From: Thalia democratica
Taxonomy: Eukaryota
DNA: 64,000 bases
Direction of reading: 5' to 3'
Assembly: GCA_965202585.1 (NCBI GenBank)
Contig: OZ241833.1
Span: forward strand, 13,144,001 to 13,208,000
Shown here: piece by piece, positions 38,793 to 50,700 of the stretch
Layout: every line of letters starts with the position of its first letter
Position numbering within the stretch: position 1 is the first letter of the stretch
The notes under the pieces: model-generated
The model's input: only the letters and a program-made list of their open reading frames with translations
Database searches by the model: none
What the model was told of the DNA's origin: nothing
Made by a program: the position numbers and the translations under genes

Positions 38793-41700
38793 TTAACACC
38801 TAGTTCCAACACAACGTTGTCTATCCACAGGCAAGCCAAATGTTACACATTTCGTAAATGGCTCTGACACAGTTTCACCTCCCCTTTCGCTAATGCAATA
38901 CCTAAACCTCCTTCTGTTTCCCCTTCCGCATCGCCTGCTACATGGGCCCCAAGAAGTCCATTCGGTGAAACGTGTCGTACACTCTTCACTGCCACACTCT
39001 TCCACCTGTTAATTAAACTTGTTGTTTTTTTTATAATTCTACTTTTAGTCATCGACTAGTAGTATTAGAAATATACTATTTTTTTTTAATTTTACCAATT
39101 TATTGAAATATATTAATGTAGATTTCAAATGACTAAAACCTTTAGCATGCAGCTTTGGTCTCGAGGTCTGGCACTTTGAGGCCTTACAAGTCCTTTTCCG
39201 TCACATCTTCTCATTACAGTAACTTTTCCATTGCATTCAGCACTGCATTTGCCTATTTCCTTCCATTCGCTCCAGTTATTACACATTCCACGATTACATG
39301 CCTTAGTCTCGTTGCTGTTACTGTTTCCAAAACGGGTATCTGCGCAAAATTTCGGATCTACCGGTTTTCCTTTTTGCACACAGCTTCTGGTTCTGAATGT
39401 TTCACCTTCACCACATTTTTCGTCGCACATTGCCCATTGTGACCATTGTGAAAATACTGCTCGGCAGTATCCTTTGCACTCTTTAAAATCAGTGTAGCAG
39501 GACTGATCAAATATTTGAGCTGTTTTAGGAGAAAAAGACCTGTTAGATTGACAAACACGATTTCGTTTCTGAATTCCTCTCTGACCACACATAGATGCTG
39601 TACAACTTCCTACTACCCACGTAGACCATTTAGGACAGATACCTATATTACAAACTTTAACTTCAGTGTTGCCTTCGCGAACAATTTCCTCTAGGTCTGC
39701 AGGCTCACCAATTTTTAAGTCAGCACATTGTTCTAGTTCTACAGCTTCCCCGTCCAATAAGCAACCGCGAGTTCTCTTTGTTTCACCAACAGCACATTTA
39801 TTTGAGCATTTTGACCATTCTGTCCAGGGACCCCAAGAAAATATGCATTCCCGGAAGCATTCGACTGTTTGGAATGTACACTCTTCCGGCGTGTCCATTT
39901 TGTTGTACATTGGGTTAGAACATGTCCTTGTTTTGACTAAGAAACCTAAGCTATTGCAGCTGGCTTCGCAACTAGTCTCTTGCCAATCATTCCAAATTTC
40001 ACAGAAATCTTCTTGACATTGTTTTTCCTCATATGGCTCTCCATCTTCACATCTACTACTTTCCACGAGTTCCCCTTTTACGTAGCAACTCCTGGTTCGA
40101 TTATGCCAAGTTGGACTACAAAAGCTATCGCAATAAGACCAGTCACTCCAAGGACCGAAAATTCCAGGACACAAGTCGCCTAAGCATTTTGTTACATTTT
40201 TTTCACACTGCGCATTAGAAGGAAAACTACTTGGTGAATTGCAGTGTCTTTTCCACTCTATAGTTCCTTCTTCTTCACAAAAAGCATTGCAAGGTGTTGC
40301 TAAAGTAAATTCTGACCAGTTACTACACATTTCTTCATTACACTCTCCTTCTTCTAAAAAGTTTTCTTCATTTCCACAATCCCCATTTTGAGTTAAATCT
40401 CCAAACTCTGTCAAGCATGACCTTGTTCGCGTTCTAAAACCTGGCGTACAGGAGGTGGAACATTGTGACCACTCTCCCCAATCACCCCATTCAGGTGGAC
40501 ATGTAGGTGGACCTTCACATTCTCGCATTTCAGCGTAGCACAAACGTTGGTGAGATCTGAGCCTGAAATTTTTAGTTTCTGATGAACACATTCTTTTCCA
40601 ACGTTGCATAGAAGTAGATCTACAAGGAGCGTCGCATTCTTCTGCAGGTTCCCAGTCGTACCAAACAGAGCATAAGTTTTCGTTGCAAGTTTTTGTTTCT
40701 AAGTTCAAGCCTTGTTTCGGACACTCTGAGTTATCTACAAGCGTGCCATTTTCGTTAAAGCAAAATCTTTCACGTGTCTGTTCTCCTGGAGAGCATATAT
40801 TAGAACAATTCGACCATTCTTGCCATTGCCCCCATTGAGCGGGACATATTGGTGGTCCATTGCACGTTCTAGTGTCTTCGTAACAAGTTTTTTTATGCAA
40901 GTTTAGATCAGTATTAACCAAACATAACTTTGTGAAATTTTGCATAGATTTTTGGCGACACTTCGCCTGACATTTTTCTGTAGGTTGCCAGTCCGACCAT
41001 TGTGAACACAAATCACTGTTGCATACTTTTTCTTCAATATAGTCTAAAGTATCAGGGCATTGAGAATTATCAACTTGAGTTCCATTTTCATTTAGGCATG
41101 GTCTTATGCGCTCTTTTACTCCTGGACCACAAGATTCAGAGCAAAGTGACCAGTCATTCCATTCTCCATATTCAGGAGGACATACTGGGACACCTAGGCA
41201 TGTTCTAGTTTCAGAATAGCATGATTCTTTATGAGTAGTTAAGTCAACAAAAATACTACATGACCTTTTAAATGGCTGATCTGCTGTACTTCTACACTCT
41301 GCAGAACAGTTTTCTGCTTCAATCCATGGTAACCATTTTGGACAAAGTTCTTCATTACAGTCTCGAGTCTGTAGATAACTTTCATCACCAGTACATTTAG
41401 ACACAACTACTACTGTTCCGTTTTCATTTATGCAATTCCTTTTTCTTGTGCTTACACCTGGAACACAAACTTCAGAACATGAAGACCAAGAATCCCATTC
41501 TCCCCACTGTGGAGGGCATACAAGTGCTCCATAACATACTCTGTTTTCCTTATAACAACTTTCAATATGTAAATAAAGATCAATAGTGGTATTGCATGAT
41601 CTTTGCCAAGTTTGATTTGCAGTTTTTCTACACTCTGCAAAACAATCATTTTCAGGAGACCAATTGGACCAGTATGGGCAAAGATGACTGTTGCAACTTT

Positions 41701-44700
41701 GCTCTTCAACAAAACTAAATGGATCTTTACACTCTTTATTACTGACTTCAGTACCATTCTCACTTAGACATGGTCTCTGACGTTCTTTAAAACCAGGACC
41801 GCAAGAGTCAGAGCAACTTGTCCACGGTTTCCAAGATCCCCACTCAGGTGGGCATATAGAGGCACCTGAACAAATCCTGGTTTCTAAGTAGCAGTCTGAA
41901 TCATGTTCTTCTATGTCTATTTCTTCAAAGCAAGTTCTTACAAAAGTTTGGTCAGCTAAGGATCTACACAATGCTGAACAGTTTTCAGCAGCGGTCCAAT
42001 TAGACCATAGAGAACAAAGATTTGGGTTGCAAACTTCTGTTTGTAAACTAGAGCTTGTACTTGAACACTGTAAATTGTCAACTAAAGTTCCGTTTTCATT
42101 AAAACATTTTCTTATTCTTTCTCTGATACCAGGTGTACATGAAGATGAACAATTTGTCCAAGGCTGCCAATCACCCCATTCTGGCGGACATATTGGAGTT
42201 CCGGAGCATATTCTTTTTTGTTCGTAGCAAAAAGATTGGTGAACTTCAAGTTCCACGTTTTCTTTGCACATCCTATTGAATTTTTGATCACTTGTTGACC
42301 TGCAATTAGCATTACAACTCTCAGAAGGTTGCCACTGTAGCCAGAGAGGACAAAGATTGGTGTTACAAGGTTTACTTTCAGTATGACTTTCCGCACTATA
42401 ACATTCAGCATTGTGAACAACTGTTCCGTTTTCATTTATACACGGTCTTGTCCTATGTTTAACTCCCGGTGTACAGTCTTCAGAACAAGTAGACCAAGGT
42501 TCCCAATCACCCCATTGAGGTGGGCATATCGGTGGTCCGTAACAAGTTCTAGTTTCCTCATAACAGTTAAGATCATGTAAATTCAAGTCAACATTTTCAT
42601 TACAAGTTTTAACAAATAGTTGATCTGTTGAAGATCTACACTCAGCTGTACAATTATCTAAAGCCTCCCATTCAGACCAATCAGGACATAAATTATCGTT
42701 GCATTTACTTTCTTCAATAAAAGATTCAGGATTTTCACACTGTGAGACTTCTACAACAGTTCCATTTTCATTAAGACAAGGTCTGAAACGTTGATGCAAT
42801 CCTGGTGAACATGAGTTAGAGCAATTAGACCAGGACTCCCATGATCCCCATTCAGGAGGGCATATTGGAGGTCCGTAACAAACTCTTGTTTCTTCATAAC
42901 ATTTTTTAGCGTGAATGTTTAAGTCAATATCTTTTGTACACGTTTTTACAAATACTAGATCGGATTTCGAACGACATTCAGCAGTGCAGTTTTCTGTTGG
43001 TTGCCAGTCTGACCATACAGGACATAGGTTTTGGTTACAAGCTTCTTTTTCTGAATATTCTGTTGGTACTGGACATTCAGATCTATCAACTATAGTACCA
43101 TTTTCATTTATACACGGTCTTGTTCTATGTTTAATTCCAGGTGTACAGTCTTCAGAACAGGTAGACCAAGCTTCCCAATCACCCCATTGAGGTGGGCATA
43201 TTGGTGGTCCGTAACAAGTTCTAGTTTCTTCATAACAGTTAAGATCATGTAAATTCAAGTCAACATTTTCATTACAAGATTTAACAAATAGTTGATCTGT
43301 TGAAGATCTACACTCAGCTGTACAATTTTCTAAAGCTTTCCATTCAGACCAATCAGGACATAAATCTTCGTTGCATTTCCCTACTTCGATATAAGATTCA
43401 GGGTTTTCACACTGTGATATTTCTACAACAGTTCCATTTTCGTTAAGACAAGGTCTGACACGTTGATGCAATCCTGGTGAACATGAGTTAGAGCAATTAG
43501 ACCAGGACTCCCATGATCCCCATTCAGGAGGGCATATAAGAGGTCCGTAACAAACTCTTGTTTCTTCGTAACATTTTTTTGCATGAATATTCAAGTCAAT
43601 ATCTTTTGTACACGATTTTACAAGTACTAGATCGGATTTTGAACGACATTCAGCAGTGCAGTTTTCTGTTGGTTGCCAATCTGACCAAAAAGGACATAGA
43701 TTTTGGTTACAAGCTTCTTCTTCTGAATATTCAGTTGGTACTGGACATTCAGATCTATCAACTATAGTACCATTTTCATTTAAACACGGTCTTTTTCTAT
43801 ATTTAACTCCCGGTGTACAGTCTTCAGAACAAGTAGACCAAGGTTCCCAATCACCCCATTGAGGTGGGCATATCGGTGGTCCGTAACAAGTTCTAGTTTC
43901 TTCATAACAGTTAATGTCGTGCAAATGCAAGTCAAGAATTTCTTTACAAGTTTTAAAAAATATTTGGTCTTGAGAAGATCTACACTCAGCTGTGCAATTT
44001 TCTAAAGCTTTCCATTCAGACCAATCAGGACATAAATCTTCGTTGCATTTCCCTTCTTCGATATAAGATTCAGGGTTTTCACACTGTGATATTTCTACAA
44101 CAGTTCCATTTTCGTTAAGACAAGGTCTGACACGTTGATGCAATCCTGGTGAACATGAGTTAGAGCAACTAGTCCAGGACTCCCATGATCCCCATTCAGG
44201 AGGGCATACAAGAGGTCCGTAACAAACTCTCGTTTCTTCGTAACACTTTTTAGCGTGAATGTTTAAGTCAATATCTTTTGTACACGATTTTACAAGTACT
44301 AGATCGGATTTCGAACGGCATTCAGCAGTGCAGTTTTCTGTTGGTTGCCAATCTGACCAAACAGGACATAGGTTTTGGTTACAAGCTTCTTCTTCTAAAT
44401 GTTCTGTTGGTACTGGACATTCAGATCTATCAACTATAGTACCATTTTCATTTATACACGGTCTTTTTCTATGTTTACTTCCCGGTGTACAGTCTTCAGA
44501 ACAAGTAGACCAAGGTTCCCAATCACCCCATTGAGGTGGGCATATCGGTGGTCCGTAACAAGTTCTAGTTTCTTCATAACAGTTAATGTCGTGCAAATGC
44601 AATTCAACATTTTCTTTACAAGATTTAACAAATAGTTGATCTGTTGAAGATCTACACTCAGCTGTACAATTTTCTAAAGCTTTCCATTCAGACCAATCAG

Positions 44701-47700
44701 GACATAAATTTTCGTTGCATTTTTTTTCCTCATTATAAGAATCAGGATTTTCACAATGTGAGACTTCTACAACTGTACCGTTCTCGTTAAGACAAGGTCT
44801 GACACGTTGATGCAATCCTGGTGAACATGAGTTAGAGCAACTAGACCACGTTTCCCATGATCCCCATTCAGGAGGGCATATTGGAGGTCCGTAACAAACT
44901 CTCGTTTCTTCGTAACACTTTTTAGCGTGAATTTTTAAGTCAATATCTTTTGTACACAATTTTACAAATACTAGATCGGATTTCGAACGGCATTCAGCAG
45001 TGCAGTTTTCTGTTGGTTGCCAATCTAACCAAGCAGGACATAGATTTTGGTTACAAGCTTCTTCTTCTAAATATTCTGTTGGTACTGGACATTCAAATCT
45101 ATCAACTATAGTACCATTTTCATTCAAACACGGTCTTGTTCTATGTTTAACTCCCGGTGTACAGTCTTCAGAACAAGTAGACCAAGGTTCCCAATCACCC
45201 CATTGAGGTGGGCATATCGGTGGTCCGTAACAAGTTCTAGTTTCTTCATAACAGTTAATATCGTGCAAATTTATATCATTATTTTCTTTACAAGATTTAA
45301 TAAATAGTTGATCTGTTGAGGATCTACACTCAGCTGTACAATTATCTAAAGCCTCCCATTCAGACCAATCAGGACATAAGTTTTCGTTGCATTTCCCTTC
45401 TTCGATATAAGATTCAGGGTTTTCACACTGTGATATTTCTACAACAGTTCCATTTTCGTTAAGACAAGGTCTGACACGTTGATGCAATCCTGGTGAACAT
45501 GAGTTAGAGCAATTAGACCAGGACTCCCATGATCCCCATTCAGGAGGGCATATAAGAGGTCCGTAACAAACTCTCGTTTCTTTATAACATTTTTTTGCAT
45601 GAATATTCAAGTCAATATCTTTTGTACACGATTTTACAAATACTAGATCGGATTTTGAACGACATTCAGCAGTGCAGTTTTCTGTTGGTTGCCAATCTGA
45701 CCAAAAAGGACATAGGTTTTGGTTACAAGCTTCTTCTTCTAAATGTTCTGTTGGTACTGGACATTCAGATCTATCAACTATAGTACCATTTTCATTCAAA
45801 CACTGTCTTGTTCTATGTTTAACTCCCGGTGTACAGTCTTCAGAACAAGTAGACCAAGGTTCCCAATCACCCCATTGAGGTGGGCATATCGGTGGTCCGT
45901 AACAAGTTCTAGTTTCTTCATAACAGTTAATATCGTGCAATTGCAAGTCAAAATTTTTTTTACAAGATTTAAAAAATAGTTGATCTGTTGAGGATCTACA
46001 CTCAGCTGTACAGTTTTCTAAAGCCTCCCATTCAGACCAATCAGGACATAATTCTTTGTTGCATTTTCGTACTTCGATAAAAGATTCAGGGTTTTCACAC
46101 TGTGAAACTTCTACAACAGTTTTATTCTCGTCAAGACAAGGTCTGACACGTTGATGCAATCCTGGTGAACATGAGTTAGAGCAACTAGACCACGTTTCCC
46201 ATGATCCCCATTCAGGAGGGCATATTGGAGGTCCGTAACAAACTCTTGTTTCTTCGTAACATTTTTTAGCATGAATATTCAAGTCAATATCTTTTGTACA
46301 CGTTTTTACAAATACTAGATCGGATTTCGAACGACATTCAGCAGTGCAGTTTTCTGTTGGTTGCCAGTCTGACCAAACAGGACATAGGTTTTGGTTACAA
46401 GCTTCTTCTTCTAAATGTTCTGTTGGTACTGGACATTCAGATCTATCAACTATAGTACCATTTTCATTTATACACGGTCTTGTTCTATGTTTAATTCCCA
46501 GTGTACAGTCTTCAGAACAAGTAGACCAAGCTTCCCAATCACCCCATTGAGGTGGACAAACTGATGGCCCCTTACATACTTTTGTTTCCTTATAACATTC
46601 AATATTATGGTTTGTAATAATTGTTGATTGAGAGCATTTTCTTTCGAACTCTTGACTACTTGTAGATTTACATTTTGCACTGCAAACTGCTGTTGGTTTC
46701 CATTCGAGCCATGATTGACACAAGTTTTCGTTACAAGTTCGTTCGTCAATGTACTTTTCTGGATTTGAACAAGCTGTAAAATTAACACTTGTTCCGTTTT
46801 CATTCAAACATAGTCTATTTCTTCTCTGTAATCCTGGAGTACAAGAATTTGAGCAATTCGACCAAGCTTGCCATTCACCCCATTCAGGAGGACATATAGG
46901 TGGTCCTGTGCAAGTTCTTGTTTCAGAATAGCACTCTTCATTATGAACTTTGTGATCCATTTCAATCGAGCAATTTCTTTTAAACACTTGTTCACCTTGT
47001 GACCTACAATTCGCCGTGCAATTTTGTGTAGGCTCCCAGTTGTTCCAATATGGACAATAATTAGAGTTACATACTTCTTTTTCATAAAAAGAATCAGGAT
47101 TTACACATTCTTTGTTTTCTACTAGCGTATTGTTTTCATTATAACATGCCCTATTACGCGTTTTTATTCCTGGACTGCACGAAACCGAACAGTTTGACCA
47201 AGGTTCCCAATCTCCCCAGTGTGGAGCACATACTGGAGAACCATAACATAGTCTAGTATCTTTATAGCACTCTAAACTGTGTAAAGATAAATCTGTTGGT
47301 TCAGAACAAGTTTTAATGAATACTAGCTCAGCAGATGAACGGCAGAGAGCAGTGCAATTTTCAATTGCTTTCCAGTCTGACCATAATGGACACAATTTTT
47401 CATTACAGGTCGATACTTCTTTGTCAGTGTTAGGGTTTTCACATTCGAAATTGTCAACTAGTATACCATTTTCATTAAAACACGATCTTGATCTAGTTTT
47501 TACACCTTTTGCACAGCTTTCTGAACACCCTGACCAATGATGCCATGTACCCCACTTAGAAGGACAAATAGATGGTCCATTACAAGTACTATTCTCCATA
47601 TAGCATTCTGAAGAGTGTAAAGTCAAGTCAGTTTCTTGTTTACATTTTTTCAACAACAAAATATCAGCTGTTGATCTGCAATCAGCTGTACAGTTTTCAA

Positions 47701-50700
47701 TTTCTTCCCAGTCAGACCAAACTGGACACAAGTTTTTGTTACATTCAATTTGTTCACTATATTTGTCGAAACTTGGACAATGAGAAACATCTACTATTGT
47801 ACCGTTTTCATTTGAACATTTTCTTGATCTTTGTTGGATTCCTGGAGAACAAGATTGAGAACAGCTTGACCAGGCTTCCCATTCATTCCACTGTGGAGGA
47901 CAGACTGGTGGGCCATGACAAGTCTTTGTATCTTTATAACATAATTCTTGATGTAAACTTAAGTTAGTTTCGCTTTCACACGTTTTAAAATAATTTAGTT
48001 TTGCTGATGATCTGCATTTAGCTGTGCAGTTTTTCGAAGGTTTCCATTTAGACCAAAGGCGACATAAATTTTCATTGCAAAGTTGCTTTTGTTTATATTC
48101 ACTGTTTGGACATTTTAAATAGTCTGCGATAGTTGAATTTTCATTCAAACATAACCTTGTTCTTTCTTGAAAACCCGGCGTACAAGTTTCGGAACAATTA
48201 GACCATGGTTTCCATGACCCCCATTCTGGAGGACATATGGAAGGTCCATCACATGTTCTAGTTTCTACGTAACAGCTTGGCGAATGTAAACTGAAATTGA
48301 TATCATTCTTTCCAAAACAAGTTTTTCTGTAAACAAGCTCAGCAGTCGATCTACATTTTGCTGTGCATTGTCCAGTTGGTTCCCATACATCTGACCAAAC
48401 TGGACATAGTTCTATGTTACAAGCTTGTTCTTCGATATAATCATTTGGATCATCACATTCAGATTTGTTTATAGTCGTTCCATTTTCATTTACACAAGGT
48501 CTTAAGCGTGTTTGTACACCTGGAGTACAGGATTTCGAACATGAAGACCACGTTTCCCAATTCCCCCATCGTGGTGGACATATTTTAGGTCCTGAACAAG
48601 CTCTAATTTCTTCATAACATTTTTTCTCGTGAAAACTTAAGTCAACATTTTGAAGGCAACTCTTTACAAACAATTGATTGGTAGAAGATCTACACTTTGC
48701 TTTACAATTTTCTTTTGCTATCCAATCTGACCAAACAGGACATAGGTTTTGGTTACAAGCTTCTTCTTCTAAATATTCCCGTGGTACTGGACATTCAAAT
48801 CTATTAACTATAATACCATTTTCATTTATACACGGTCTTGTTCTATGTTTAATTCCCGGTGTACAGTCTTCAGAACAAGTAGACCAAGCTTCCCATTCGC
48901 CCCATTGGGATGGGCATATCGGTGCTCCGTAACAAGTTCTAGTTTCTTCATAACAGTTAATATCGTGCAAATTTATATCTTTTTTTTTTTTACAATATTT
49001 AACAAATAGTTGATCTGTTGAGGATCTACACTCAGCTGTACAATTTTCTAAAGCCTCCCATTCAGACCAATCAGGACATAAGTTTTCGTTGCATTTACTT
49101 TCTTCAATAGACGAACCAGGGTTTTTACACTGTGAAACTTCTACAACAGTTCCATTCTCGTTAAGACAAGGTCTGAAACGTTGATGCAATCCTGGTGAAC
49201 ATGAGTTAGAGCAATCTGACCAGGACTCCCATGATCCCCATTCAGGAGGGCATATAAGAGGTCCGTAACAAACTCTCGTTTCTTCGTAACACTTTTTAGC
49301 GTGAATGTTTAAGTCAATATCTTTTGTACACGATTTTACAAATACTAGATCGGATTTCGAACGGCATTCAGCAGTGCAGTTTTCTGTCGGTTGCCAGTCT
49401 GACCAAACAGGACATAGGTTTTGGTTACAAGCTTCTTCTTCTGAATATTCTGTTGGTACTGGACATTCAGATCTATCAACTATAGTACCATTTTCATTTA
49501 TACACGGTCTTGTTCTATGTTTAACTCCCGGTGTACAGTCTTCAGAACAAGTAGACCAAGTTTCCCAATCACCCCATTGAGGTGGGCATATCGGTGGTCC
49601 GTAACAAGTTCTAGTTTCTTCATAACAGTTGATATCGTGCAAATGCAAGTCAACATTTTCTTTACAATATTTAACAAATAGTTGATCTGTTGAGGATCTA
49701 CACTCAGCTGTACAATTTTCTAAAGCCTCCCATTCAGACCAATCAGGACATAAGTTTTCGTTGCATTTACTTTCTTCAATAGACGAACCAGGGTTTTTAC
49801 ACTGTGAAACTTCTACAACAGTTCCATTCTCGTTAAGACAAGGTCTGAAACGTTGATGCAATCCTGGTGAACATGAGTTAGAGCAATCTGACCAGGACTC
49901 CCATGATCCCCATTCAGGAGGGCATATTGGAGGTCCGTAACAAACTCTTGTTTCTTCATAACATTTTTTAGCGTGAATGTTTAAGTCTATATCTTTTGTA
50001 CACGTTTTTACAAATACTAGATCGGATTTCGAACGACATTCAGCAGTGCAGTTTTCTGTTGGTTGCCAGTCTGACCATACAGGACAAAGGTTTTGGTTAC
50101 AAGCTTCCTTTTCTGAATATTCTGTTGGTACTGGACATTCAGATCTATCAACTATAGTACCATTTTCATTTAAACACGGTCTTGTTCTATGTTTAACTCC
50201 CGGTGTACAGTCTTCAGAACAAGTAGACCAAGGTTTCCAATCACCCCATTGAGGTGGGCATATTGGTGGTCCGTAACAAATTTTAGTTTCTTCATAACAG
50301 TTAAGATCATGTAAATTTATATCAATATTTTCTTTACAAGTTTTAACAAATTGTTGATCTGTTGAAGATCTACACTCAGCTGTACAATTATCTAAAGCTT
50401 TCCAGTCAGACCAATCAGGACATAAATTTTCGTTACATTTTTCTTCTTCAATAAAAGATTCAGGATTTTCACACTGTGAGACTTCTACAACTGTACCGTT
50501 CTCGTTAAGACAAGGTCTGACACGTTGATGCAATCCTGGTGAACATGAGTTAGAGCAATTAGACCAGGACTCCCATGATCCCCATTCAGGAGGGCATATA
50601 AGAGGTCCGTAACAAACTCTTGTTTCTTCGTAACATTTTTTAGCATGAATATTCAAGTCAATATCTTTTGTACACGATTTTACAAATACTAGATCGGATT

